The notes: generated by a model from the letters alone, not told the origin. Counted from the first letter of the stretch, positions 28,947 to 46,127 are shown. The stretch is DNA of 64,000 nucleotides from Amoebidium appalachense (GCA_963693365.1 CAVNZM010000006.1:8249355-8313354); one strand, 5' to 3'. Made by a program: numbers and translations.

Positions 28947-29676
28947 GGCAAAGACGTAAAAGACGAAAAATAAATAGAGAAGGCACGGGCAAAAAGTCAA
29001 AGCAGCGCAGAGTTGGCCAATAAACGGTCAAAGCTAGCGCGAAGTAGTGAATATTCAACGAAGCTAGCGCAGAGTTGGCCAATAAACGGTCAAAGCAGCG
29101 CAGAGTTGGCCAATATCCGGTCAACCAAACACGAACCCTCGGTCAATATCCGGTCAACCCGAACTCGTGTTTGGCGAAAATCTAGTGAACCCAAAACGAA
29201 CATCGCGCGAACCCCTGCCAATATCCGGTCAACCCGAACTCGTGTTTGGCGCAAATCTAGTGAACCCAAAACGAACATCGCGCGAACCCCTGCCAATATC
29301 CGGTCAACCAAACACGAACCCTCAGTCAATATCGTTCGATCCACGGAGCATCCATTTCAATATTGGTCGAATCACGGAGACCACCTTTGAATAATGCTTG
29401 AATCGTATTCACCCGCTATTCAATCTGATTGGTCGAAACATTAAATCTGATTGTACGAAACCGGTTCAATCTGATTGGTCGAAACATTAAATCTGATTGC
29501 ACGAAACCGGTTCAATCTGATTGGTCGAAACCGTTTATTGACAGGAGTCCCAATTGTTGGGGATGACCGGCTGGCTACCACCCCAGCACGTGCTTCTCCA
29601 GGAAGCGCACGGGGTACACCTTGACCGGGTGCAGGCAAAGACGTAAAAGATGAAAAATAAATAGAAAAGCCACGGG
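28947..29676. repeat. CCAAT-rich nested repeat block bounded by ~43-bp direct repeats
   Basis: GGCAAAGACGTAAAAGA.GAAAAATAAATAGA at ~28947 and ~29634; internal GCGCAGAGTTGGCCAATA x3, ~75-bp duplication, AATCTGATTG x5. Confidence 0.75.
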
Positions 29677-29717
29677 AAGAGGGTGGGAAGCCCCCCTCCC
29701 CAAAAAACAAAACAAAG

Positions 29718-30500
29718 AGCGCACGGTCATAGCGCTCATGACACATCTCTCCAAGAACACATGTGCAAGCGCACGGTGATTGCGCTCATGACCCTACACT
29801 CAAACAACACAGGTGCAAGCACACGCATTGCCCCTCCCCCCCCACCCCCCCCCCCCTCCCCCCACCCCCCCCCCCCCACCTCCCCCCCCACACACACACA
29901 CACAAAGCGCCCGGTGATAGCGCTCATGACACATCTCTCCAAGAACACATGTGCAAGCGCACGGTGATTGCGCTCATGACCCTACACTCAAACAACACAG
30001 GTGCAAGCACACGCATTGCCCCTCCCCCCCCCCCCCCCCCTCCCCCCCCCCCCCCCCCCCCACCTCCCCCCCACACACACACACACAAAGCGCCCGGTGA
30101 TAGCGCTCATGACACATCTCTCCAAGAACACATGTGCAAGCGCACGGTGATTGCGCTCATTAACCTACTCTCAAACAACACAGGTGCAAGCACACGCATT
30201 GCCCCTCCCCCCCACCCCCCCCATCCCCCTCCCCCCCCCCCCCCACCATCCCCCCCCCCCCCCCACAATCCCCCTCCCCCCACACACACACAAAGGCATT
30301 CGGGAACACACATGCACACTTTGCATCCCCCCCCCCCCCCCCCACAATCCCCCTCCCCCCACACACACACAAAGGCATTCGGGAACACACATGCACACTT
30401 TGCATCCCCCCTCCCCCCCCCCCCCCCCCCACAATCCCCCTCCCCCCACACACACACAAAGGCATTCGGGAACACACATGCACACTTTGCATCCCCCCAC
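29718..30500 (+). repeat. Array of ~50-bp units (GCACGGTGATAGCGCTCATGAC...) with poly-C spacers, then 3 copies of a second unit
   Basis: Repeats are directly visible; the unit is the reverse complement of the 32752-33051 array. Confidence 0.85.
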
Positions 30501-30554
30501 CCCACCCCCTTCGTGAGAATGCACTGAGTTTCACTTAATAAAATAAGTTGAATT

Positions 30555-32405
30555 TTATTGATCGTAAAAGAGCACGAAGTCGCCTGGCCTGCTGGTAATA
30601 TGGTGATACCGATCACAGTCAGGCCAAAGTTCATCCCATGTGTTGGTTGCTGCTTCATAACACAGCCAGTGGTCGTATGGATCACCAACTACTTGCACAT
30701 GGTGATTCCTGATGGCATCCTCGAGGGCTGTCTGACACGGCAGTTGAGGGTACCAATCCGGACCATCCAAAACCTGGGCGATAGGAACAGCACTCCACAG
30801 GGCATCCGCGCTGGGAGACGTGTCAGGCTGGCCCGTGGTCTTGTTAATACCGATATAGCTGCCGCGCTGTTGTTCCAAATGGTCGGAGGGGGTTTGTACC
30901 CAATAATTCTCGATCTCTGCTTGCCAGGGGCAGACGGTGTCGGCATTGTTGAGCATGATTTGGTCAAATCCACTCGGGGGGTAGATGACGGCCGCTTGCC
31001 GGGTTTCGGTGTCGTAAGCATACAACCCGTCAACAACGAATGGCAAATCTCTACCTTGCCCCTCCACTTGGGCTTTTTGGAACTCTTCGCGCTCAACATA
31101 TTTCCTGATTGTGTCAATTAAGTCTCCCCAATCGAAGGGAAGCACAATGACGTGTCGTTTGTTCATGACGTCCACAAGCATCTGCCACGACACGCCCACT
31201 TGCAGACGCCGCATGTATGTGAAAATTTCGACGGTTTCGATGTCGGTATCGATCTGGCCCAGGGGAACAAACTCGCCTTCTTCCTGCCCTTCCTGAATCT
31301 CGTAAGCAAACCACCCCGTGCACCGCCCGAATATGTTTTTGCGCTCGGCAGGCCCACCCTCGCTGTAATCCGCCTGGACCCTGCTTACTAAATTCGAAAG
31401 CTTTTTGTCCCATTCCAGCTTGTGTCTAATGATGTTTGCGTAGTCGTACAGGTGGGCTTGGGTACGGGGTGCAGTTGTAACTGGCGGGTTTGAGGCAGCT
31501 TGTGCCAAAATATTGGCCTTTTGGGTGGCCATATCTAGTATTATATTCGCATGGACATCGTCGTAGCCGTCGTCGTCGTGGTCCCTCCGGTGGGCATAAT
31601 GGTCCATCAATCGCAGCAGCAAACACGTGTTAAACGACTCTAACGTATACGCAGAGCTGTCTAACTTGACAACTCCTGCAGACCCTCGCAACCACGCAGT
31701 GCACGGCGGGTAATGCCGCAGTTTGCCGTCCCCCGTGTACCCCTCACTGGGGTGTGTCTCTACGATCCTTCTAATAGCATCCTCAGGAAGTAAACCCCAC
31801 CAGTTCCAGAACCTACTATCCTGAAAATCACTGTTATTCTCTATCGCGTATTGGACATCCGCCAAAGTGGAGGTTGCAAAAAACATATCGGCAAAGCTCT
31901 CGCTCGTTTTTTGGTCCAGTTCGGACATTTTTGCCGCAATCTCTGCTGCTGTGGCCTGCATCACCGTCCTAGTTGCAAGGCAACAGCGCCCTTCAGGGTT
32001 GTACACGGCCAGCTTGTCATAGCTTCGGAGGTACACCGCTGTGCATGCACGGAAACCTGCTTTCAACTCTTCCTGCAGTTGCAATAGACTCAACGAGGTG
32101 TCTACCTCAAACACAACAAAAGGGTGCAACGTTTCCACTAGAGTGACATCTTCGGGGGTTGAAACCGTGGCAAGGCCGTTGGTGTTTGCAAGAGAAAACA
32201 CTGCAACATCTTCCCCTACAGGGCCTAACAACAGCGGTGTCTTCGATGGAACGATCCGAACACGCACTGGCATTGAGGGTGCAAGTCCCATTGCTGACAG
32301 CGAAATAATAATTCTGCCTATACCCTGCATGCCAAATCCTGTTGTGTTTTCGTGCAGCTGAGGTCGGTGTATTTGAAACGATTTGGATATAATAACATCA
32401 GTCAT
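30555..32405 (-). CDS. Orphan hypothetical protein (616 aa)
   Basis: Long intronless ORF with lower GC3 than the capsid genes; CCAAT boxes just upstream; stop overlaps AATAAA. Confidence 0.75.
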   Translation of the reverse strand: MTDVIISKSFQIHRPQLHENTTGFGMQGIGRIIISLSAMGLAPSMPVRVRIVPSKTPLLLGPVGEDVAVFSLANTNGLATVSTPEDVTLVETLHPFVVFEVDTSLSLLQLQEELKAGFRACTAVYLRSYDKLAVYNPEGRCCLATRTVMQATAAEIAAKMSELDQKTSESFADMFFATSTLADVQYAIENNSDFQDSRFWNWWGLLPEDAIRRIVETHPSEGYTGDGKLRHYPPCTAWLRGSAGVVKLDSSAYTLESFNTCLLLRLMDHYAHRRDHDDDGYDDVHANIILDMATQKANILAQAASNPPVTTAPRTQAHLYDYANIIRHKLEWDKKLSNLVSRVQADYSEGGPAERKNIFGRCTGWFAYEIQEGQEEGEFVPLGQIDTDIETVEIFTYMRRLQVGVSWQMLVDVMNKRHVIVLPFDWGDLIDTIRKYVEREEFQKAQVEGQGRDLPFVVDGLYAYDTETRQAAVIYPPSGFDQIMLNNADTVCPWQAEIENYWVQTPSDHLEQQRGSYIGINKTTGQPDTSPSADALWSAVPIAQVLDGPDWYPQLPCQTALEDAIRNHHVQVVGDPYDHWLCYEAATNTWDELWPDCDRYHHITSRPGDFVLFYDQ

Positions 32406-32751
32406 CGCGCTGATTGGCTAAACGCGGATGACACATCTTTTAACGGATGATTGGTTGGATAAATCTAGTTACCATCGGCTAGCCGCGCTGATTGGCCAAA
32501 TCCAATTGGTGGCATAACCCGTGCGCAAGCCCGAAAATTCGGATTTGTTTCTTGGTATTTTTTGAAGTCCGGAATATTTTTGCCTGGGGTGTATGGTATT
32601 TTTCATCCCCAGTTAAAGGGGGTAAAAGGGGGTTCCTATTTTAGCTTACCACGAAATTTGCAGGGGTTTACCATAAACTGAAAATATGATGGTATTTTTG
32701 AAACGTTTAGGGTATTTTTTACCGTAAAAACGGGGTTATGGTCGGGCCTGC

Positions 32752-33051
32752 CCGTGCGCTTGCACCTGTGTTGCTTGAGAGTAGGGTCATGAGCGCTATC
32801 ACCGTGCGCTTGCACCTGTGTTGCTTGAGAGTAGGGTCATGAGCGCTATCACCGTGCGCTTGCACCTGTGTTGCTTGAGAGTAGGGTCATGAGCGCTATC
32901 ACCGTGCGCTTGCACCTGTGTTGCTTGAGAGTAGGGTCATGAGCGCTATCACCGTGCGCTTGCACCTGTGTTGCTTGAGAGTAGGGTCATGAGCGCTATC
33001 ACCGTGCGCTTGCACCTGTGTTGTTGGCGAGTAGGGTCATGATCGCTATCA
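32752..33051 (-). repeat. Six tandem 50-bp repeats
   Basis: CCGTGCGCTTGCACCTGTGTTGCTTGAGAGTAGGGTCATGAGCGCTATCA x5 plus one variant. Confidence 0.95.
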
Positions 33052-33154
33052 CCATACCCTTGCTCATGAGCGCCCCCCCCCCCCCCCCCCCCCAAACCCT
33101 CCTCCCATCTGCCCGCACAACCCCAACCCCACATTATATCGTGCACCGGGTAAC

Positions 33155-33548
33155 ATGGACGCTGGCGCACCCCTTCCCCCACCCAGCCCATTCGCACCCC
33201 CCTCCCCCGATCCGCACAAGCCCGCGCAGCACCCCCGGGCCCTCCCCCATCCTACTGGCCATCCTGGCCGGCCTGATCCTCTACGTGCTCTGGGACACGT
33301 TCAGCCCACGTGTGCGGCGGCGCCTGGCAGTGCTCAAGTGCCAGCGCGCGTGCCCAATGTGTGCCAGCTGCGGCAGCTGCGTTCCCCGCCGCAAGTGTGC
33401 GCACTGCCCCCGCTGCCACGTGTGCGGTGCCAGCCCCACTCGGTGCGCACAGTGCCCCGCATGCACGCGCTGCCCGCCCGAGCAGAAGTGCCCGGCGTGC
33501 CCCACGTGTGCGCATGCGCCTGCGGTGGTGATCAAGGAGCGCACTTGA
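33155..33548 (+). CDS. Membrane-anchored CPxC-repeat cysteine-rich protein (5' frame uncertain)
   Basis: TM ILLAILAGLILYVLW then about 17 Cys in CxxC repeats; the ATG at 33155 needs a frameshift in a C-run. Confidence 0.6.
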
Positions 33549-33584
33549 AGGGTTGGGTGAGCAGAGATTTTTGTGGCATAGAGT

Positions 33585-33845
33585 ATGGCGTACCGATGGG
33601 AGTACAAGCTGAAGGAGGAGCCCGGCAAGGCACCCGTGGTGCAGGCAACTATTGTGCCGACCGAGGCCACCACCCGGCGGACGCAGATGGAGCAACGAGC
33701 ATACGCACAAGAGCTTGCGGAAAAGGGCTATATAGATCTGCCCGATGAGTTGGCGGAGAAGTGTGGATTCAAGAAGTGGGTGCCGAAGAATCAACGACAG
33801 ACAGCAATTGTACTGCAGAAGATGATGGAGCCTGAGGATGCATAG
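33585..33845 (+). CDS. Small hypothetical protein (86 aa)
   Basis: Compact ORF with T-tract/ATG context like the other viral genes. Confidence 0.55.
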   Translation: MAYRWEYKLKEEPGKAPVVQATIVPTEATTRRTQMEQRAYAQELAEKGYIDLPDELAEKCGFKKWVPKNQRQTAIVLQKMMEPEDA

Positions 33846-34036
33846 AGACCTACACACAAAGGATGAATGGACTTACACCACAAACATGGAAAATGTAAAT
33901 GACGAGAGAATCTCCACAAACATGGAAAATGTAAATGACGAGAGAATCTGTTGGGATGTTTAATTTTGATGAGCTGGAGTCTATCTCCCCCCCCCTCCCC
34001 TTCACCGTTCAATGAAAACTTGGTAGCATGTGTATC

Positions 34037-34135
<99 letters not shown>

Positions 34136-34388
34136 CAATGTACGTGCCAGTGTGCTTGTACACAGATTGAAAAGGAGACTTGGGGTATATTAAATGGAGT
34201 CTCTCCCGCTACCACGGGCAAATACATTCAATAATCATTACGGAAACTTGGTACTGTTACCGGGCAAATACAATATACATGAAAATTTGGATAAGATTGA
34301 AGCAGATCACATTCGAATAAACATTACAGATAACTTGGTATGAAAACTTTGTACCACGTCTTTCCTCCACCACACCCATCACAAACCC

Positions 34389-34695
34389 CTATAGATGTGG
34401 ATGTGTGCCTACTGCCCACACCACCACAAATACGTTTCCCCCACCGCACCCACCACAAACCCTAAGTAAGATGTGAATGTGGGGCCTACCCGCCGCCACC
34501 ACTACAACTACGTTTCCCTCACCGCACCCACCACAAACCCTAAGTAAGATGTGAATGTGGGGCCTACCCGCCGCCACCACTACAACTACGTTTCCCCCAC
34601 CGCACCCACCACAAACCCTAAGTAAGATGTGAATGTGGGGCCTACCCGCCGCCACCACTACAACTACGTTTCCCCCACCGCACCCACCACAAACC

Positions 34696-34700
<5 letters not shown>
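34389..34700. repeat. About 3.5 tandem 87-bp repeats
   Basis: Repeated CCACAAACCCTAAGTAAGATGTGAATGTGGGG... unit. Confidence 0.85.
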
Positions 34701-39987
<5,287 letters not shown>

Positions 39988-40102
39988 GTTGCTGTGTGTG
40001 TTTTTGTGATGTGTGTAATTGTGAGCACCCTCTGCCTGTAAGACTGTCTGTGAGAGCGCTCTGTCTGTGTGCTTGTGCCACCGTGTTGTAGCGCTCGTGC
40101 TT

Positions 40103-40220
<118 letters not shown>

Positions 40221-40519
40221 AATCGTTCCTAGGAAAGCTCGTGCATGCGCGCGCTATGTTTTTTGTGTCCAGTCTAACAATGTTTGTGTTTAGCAGAACT
40301 CGTTTGTGTGTGTGCTCTGTTTTCGTATCCCAAACAATCTACGATTGTGTGCATAAGCCTAAAATGTGCCTCGCACAGGGAAACATGAAGGAAATTCTAT
40401 GTATCTGTATTGGCTAAAAAAGGGGACAACTGATAGCGCGGTGTGCACAGGTTATTATAACAAGTTTCTTTGTTGTTTTCGTTCTGTTTTTGGCAATCTA
40501 GCCTATTTGTAATTACAAT

Positions 40520-40790
40520 GGAAACATGTACAACAGCAGCGCCGGGCGAAAGTGACACGAACTGGTGTGGTGCGCTTGATTATGTTTGAAACATGCACAA
40601 CAGCAGCGCTGGGCGAAAGTGACACGAACTGATGTGGTGCGCCTGATTACGTTTGAAACATGCACAACAGCAGCGCTGGGCGAAAGTGACACGAATTGGT
40701 GTGGCGCGCTTGGTTATGTTTGAAACATGTACAACAGCAGCGCCGGGCGAAAGTAACACGAACTGGTGTGGTGCGCTTGGTTATATTTGT
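40520..40790. repeat. Four tandem ~70-bp repeats
   Basis: GAAACATG.ACAACAGCAGCGC.GGGCGAAAGT.ACACGAA... x4. Confidence 0.9.
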
Positions 40791-42260
40791 TCGTTCGGGA
40801 ATCAAGATGGACTCTTGTAATTTCTCCGTTGTATATAGAGCGCAAAGAGAGTGTTGAACATATATTCTCATTTCGCAAAGCTTGAAGCAAGCAAGAAAAT
40901 CACGTTTTTGATGACTGGCCAATTAATGTTTTGTTCAGTTTGGCCAATGGAATCACTGATTGGCGCGTACGTGATAATAAGCTAATCAGTGAGATCGGCT
41001 AATAATAGTTTGGGTAGCAAGGCCAGCCTGCCCAACCAAGACCCTTTTGCGAGTAACAATTGTGATTTATTCTAATAGGCAATAAATATTAAAAAAGCAT
41101 AATTTATTTATGTTTATTTATACTTTACGCGGACACAGACATTTGCTTGGAATTTTGTTTGGAAAGGGTCCTGTGAATCTGGTCTTCGAAAAGCGTTGCA
41201 GCCTTGAGTCACGGTGTATTGACCAACTAGATTGTACCAATGCCGATAAGCGCTTGCCTAGAGTACCAGTGCCCGATCACGTTGACCCAACCACTATTCA
41301 CCAATCACCGATTGGTTTTGTTGGCTGGCGCATTTACGTGATGACTGGCCAATGAAATTACTTAGTGACTGATAGCAGCACCGACCCTGGAGCGTTTTGA
41401 CTGAGCAAGGAATAAGGGAAATCCTAAAAGAGGGTTGTATGTTTTATGACATATAAGGTTCTATAAATAAACAACCATGCGCTTGGGATTTTGGTTGGAA
41501 AGCGTTTTGTATTTGCCCAATTTGAATCCGATGCTTCGATTTCGGTCAATCAGAATACCCTGAGCATCAGCGCCGCGATCACGTGGGGCAAGAACCAACC
41601 CCTATGCACCAATCAAAACGCTTGCACGTAAAAAGGTCCGCGAATAAGATGTTGTGAAAGCGTATATCCTTCGATGTTTTAAACTAGCGCTCGTTTTGTC
41701 CTGTATATTATATTTTTATTTCGTATATTCACCTTTTTTATACAGTTTACCTGTGAACCAAACACGATTAGAGATATATTCACTAACAGCGCCAAAAGGT
41801 TCTGTTTTTCTTATGCTTGATTCTCGTAACATAAGATCGTATTTTGCGCAATGGCTTCACATAAATTATTGATGGCGGTTTTTTTATATCAGTTCACAGC
41901 GCTGTCATTTTCTACTTTTCTGATTCTTTTGTTCATGGCTGTGTTTGCACACGACGGTGTTTGCCTAGAGAAACGTAACACTCTCTTTTTTTTTTCTTTT
42001 TCTCTTGTTCACGACTGGGTTTGCACAGGACTGTGTTTGCGCAGAGAAACGTAACACTCTTTTTTTTACTTTTTCCTTTGTTCACAACAGAGAATCGTAT
42101 TCGTAGCACTTTCTTTTTTTTTTCCTTTTTCCCTTGTTTTTTTTTTCCTTTTCCCTTGTTCACGACTGGGTTTGCACACGACTGTGTTTGCGCAGAGAAA
42201 CGTAAGACTTCCTTTCTTTTTTTCCCTTTGTTTATCCTTTTTTTTGTGAAAACTGTCACG

Positions 42261-43581
42261 ATGGATTATTCCCAGCAAACTCTCGGGTCGGGGTCATACG
42301 AAACCAACATCAGCAAGTCCGCCGACCCCGTCACAACGCAAGCCCCCCCCCCATCCAACCCCCCCCCCACACTCCGGCGGCGAAGTCCCCTCCCCATCCA
42401 ACCCCCCCCCCACACTCCGGCGGCGAAATCCCCCCCCATCCAACCCCCCCCCCCACACTCCGGCGGCGAAATCCCCCCCCCATCCAACCCCCCCCCCCAC
42501 ACTCCGGCGGCGAAATCCCCCCCCCATCCAACCCCCCCCCCCACACTCCGGCGACACTGCTCCCGTCGATCCAAAAATGTTCGAAGAGTACTTGGAGACT
42601 GTGTTGCAGTCGAAAGTAGACAGTGCCATTGCCTCTGCATTGGCAAAGGTCGGTACTGCGGCCACTGCACCCGCTGTCACCACCCCAACCACCGAATTGC
42701 AGGAGAAGCTGGAAGCCGCAGAGAAAGAATTACAAACGAAGGATCACGACATCCAAATCCTTAAGGGGGAAATTGCCGAGCTAAAATCGGCGGCGGCCAA
42801 ACAAAAACACCTTGCAGATGCAAAGGAACAGGTGTTATCGGCAAAGAATCGGGACCTCGAAGGGCAGCTTGTTGGAAAGGTGGCCGATATCCTGGAGCAT
42901 CAGACTGAAGGGGAAAGATACCGGGCCGAGATTACCAAGCTTCAGTCACACATTGCGACCATGAGGGAATCATACCGTAGAACAATCGACGAGAGCACAC
43001 AGAAACTTCGTGATTGGAATGACCCCCAGCCCCTCCCCGACATTACCGTCCAACACGGTCTCGCCCCCCCCCTCCCCCCCCCTGGTACGACCAATCAAAA
43101 AAACACCCCCACCCTCCCCCCGCCCGGTACCACTCAGCCCAAAACCCCCCTCAACCTCCCCCTGCCCATTCTCACCCTCCCCCCACCCGGTTTAGCCTCT
43201 GTCATGCCCGTACCCCCCTTCAATCCGTCCCTCACCACCGTTACCAGCACCCAATCCCACACTTTTGGTGCCTCCATGATGTCGAACCCCTCTGCATATT
43301 CCCAGGGTTCAAAGAGAGGGGTGTCAGATATTTCTTTCGGTGTGTACAAACGGCACCGCCAGGAAGAGACGTCATTTGAGACGGCAATAGATGAGGAATT
43401 GGAGGACATGATGGGTATGGGCGAGAAGGTCGAGGGGAAGAAAGGGAAAGAAAGTGGTCGAGCAAAGAAACCAAAACCGAGTCAGAAACCAGCCCCTGCC
43501 CGCAGTGGCAGGACACGAGCAAAGCAAGTTTCAGATATACAGGTTATTCACGGGGACAGTGATGAAGACGAAGAAGATTAG
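42261..43581 (+). CDS. Coiled-coil, Pro-rich, probably nuclear hypothetical protein (5' repeats with uncertain frame)
   Basis: ATG at 42261; C-rich ~45-bp repeats at 42340-42555; ORF 42577..43581 has heptad repeats, a Pro-rich segment, a K-rich NLS and an acidic tail. Confidence 0.6.
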
Positions 43582-43914
43582 GTTGGGAGTGGTGAGGGGT
43601 GTGTTTTGATTTTGTTGTATGTGTCAGGGGCTGGGTATGGCCACAGGGGCTGGCTGATGTATTTTAATATATGACTGTTGATACTGGTAGCACCTTACGG
43701 TTTCTGTATTTATGTTAACGAGCATCTTATGGATCATAGCATGTAGGCATCTTTTTTTTCTGGTTCTGGATGGTTTAGTATCTTGTGGTTATTATATATG
43801 TACAAGTCTTCTGGATGGTTTAGTATCTTGTGGTTATTATATATGTACAAGTCTTGTTTTGCTGTTTTAAATATCGATTGTATACAAAGAAGTCCAGGTC
43901 CCTTTTGGTACACA

Positions 43915-43937
43915 CTTGCATGCACGTTCAAAGTCTC

Positions 43938-43968
<31 letters not shown>

Positions 43969-44050
43969 ACACTCCCTCCCCATGCATGCATGCCCGTGTG
44001 GCACACAGTTTGTGTGCTTTCATAAGTCTATTGCATGCACGTTCAAAGTC

Positions 44051-44104
<54 letters not shown>

Positions 44105-44418
44105 ACACACACACTCCCTCCCCATGCATGCATGCCCGTGTGGCACACAGTTTGTGTGCTTTCATAAGTCTATTGCATGCACGTTCAAAGTCTCCCCCCC
44201 CCCCCCCCCCCCCCCCCCACCCCACACTCCCTCCCCATGCATGCATGCCCGTGTGGCACACAGTTTGTGTGCTTTCATAAGTCTATTGCATGCACGTTCA
44301 AAGTCTCCCCCCCCCCCCCCCCCCCCCCCCCACCCCACACTCCCTCCCCATGCATGCATGCCCGTGTGGCACACAGTTTGTGTGCTTTCATAAGTCTATT
44401 GCATGCACGTTCAAAGTC

Positions 44419-44472
<54 letters not shown>

Positions 44473-45030
44473 CCTCCCCATGCATGCATGCCCGTGTGGC
44501 ACATAGTCTATGCACGTTCAAAGTCTCCCCCCCCCCCCCTCCCCCCCCCCCACCCCACACTCCCTCCCCATGCATGCATGCCCGTGTGGCACACAGTTTG
44601 TGTGCTTTCATAAGTCTATCGATGTATATTGCATGCACGTTTAAAGTATTTATTTCCCCTCTTTTTGCACACACAGCTTTGCACACACAGCAACTGTCTT
44701 TTTATTGTATCCACTTTGGGTATGAAGCGCTGGCGCTGGGTTTGTCGTATACTCCACTTCGGGGCTTTTGTATGCAGCGCTTATTTCCCCTCTTTTTGCA
44801 CACACAGCTTTGCACACACAGCAACTGTCTTTTTATTGTATCCACTTTGGGTATGAAGCGCTGGCGCTGGGTTTGTCGTATACTCCACTTCGGGGCTTTT
44901 GTATGCAGCGCTTATTTCCCCTCTTTTTGCACACACAGCTTTGCACACACAGCAACTGTCTTTTTATTGTATCCACTTTGGGTATGAAGCGCTGGCGCTG
45001 GGTTTGTCGTATACTCCACTTCGGGTCTTT
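43915..45030. repeat. Two adjacent minisatellites (~113-bp poly-C unit; 131-bp unit x3)
   Basis: Directly visible tandem units. Confidence 0.9.
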
Positions 45031-45644
45031 TTGTATGCAGCGCTGGCGCGGTGACACGTCAATCGGATTAAAAGTCCGAGTGACTTGTTTGTCTCAGAGT
45101 GGTGTCGTACTCCGCAGCACCCGTCTTCTTATTGAAATAGTATATGACTGCATACATCAATGGTGTAACCAATAAACATGTGAGGACAATAGCAGCGCTG
45201 ACGTACACCAGATACATTTTGTTCACTTTCTCTCTAGCATTCGGTTCGGACTTCATTAAATTGTACCAGTGTATATTTGCAACGACACTGCATATAGATA
45301 TCACATAAAGAATGCCTGTGGTGACCGTGCTGTCGAACATGTACGTGTACCTCACAAAACTTTCAGTATCCGACGTGTTACACCCCAAAAGTGACCTCTC
45401 TGAGATCTTGCCTGTGGTACAAACTCTTGATGCCGTGTTGCTCTTGTGTTTTACCAGTACCCCTCTCTCCAGATGCCGAATTTAGATTGGAATTCGTGAA
45501 TACACCCATGTGATTGGTCAGTGGTTTGGCACCAAGAGATTGATTGATATGCCATCAACCAGTCAACAAAAAGTACTCGCTTTTACTTTTTGTCTCACTT
45601 CACCCCAATCCAAGAACAGTGCACACCAAAACAAAACACTAGAA

Positions 45645-46127
45645 ATGGGAGACACACTTTTGCGCCCCGATTCGGTTGACCCCGAACGATGCCCTGCATT
45701 TGCACCCTCAAAAAAAGCCCAGTGCAAAAACAAAAAGAAAACATGCCCACACCACAAGGACGGCTTCAAGCCCTGGGTATGCTTTGCCCCTGCCACCGGT
45801 GCCCTCCTCTACAGCGACAACACCATCAACATCCTCCACACCCACAAGGCCGGGGACTATGGTCATGCAAACCTCCTGTTGGACGACCTCGTGGCCGCCT
45901 TTACAGTCGCAGAAATGCAGCGCCCTCGCACCGAGCGCACCGGGGCACCCGTGCCAACTGTGTCCACTCCGGATCCACCCATGGGTGCACCACAGCCACC
46001 GGTTGTAGCTGCAGCAGTGGGTGTGGGCAGGGAAAATGGGTACTGCCAGGGCAAAACCAAGGCTGGCAATCCCTGCAAAAACAGGGTGAAATCTACGACC
46101 CATTGCCATAAGCACAAGCCCAAATAA
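45645..46127 (+). CDS. Small protein with two C-x8-10-C-x6-9-C-x2-H zinc motifs (DUF5763-like, common in NCLDVs)
   Basis: CPAFAPSKKAQCKNKKKTCPHH and CQGKTKAGNPCKNRVKSTTHCHKH; stop overlaps AATAAA. Confidence 0.65.
   Translation: MGDTLLRPDSVDPERCPAFAPSKKAQCKNKKKTCPHHKDGFKPWVCFAPATGALLYSDNTINILHTHKAGDYGHANLLLDDLVAAFTVAEMQRPRTERTGAPVPTVSTPDPPMGAPQPPVVAAAVGVGRENGYCQGKTKAGNPCKNRVKSTTHCHKHKPK

Larger units (their letters stand above)
353..33845. mobile_element. Endogenous Nucleocytoviricota-like viral element (core 0.35-28.7 kb, resuming at 33.1-33.9 kb; true ends not defined)
   Basis: Dense intronless ORFs on both strands including an NCLDV-type MCP, penton-like protein, A22-like resolvase, YqaJ exonuclease and D5-like helicase; contiguous with intron- and microsatellite-rich eukaryotic DNA and an LTR retrotransposon. 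Confidence 0.88.

Noticed and set aside
32752-33051. Regular repeat array resembling CRISPR
   Set aside because: Units are head-to-tail with no unique spacers and no cas genes. The same holds for 36230-36990, 37755-39060 and 40520-40790.
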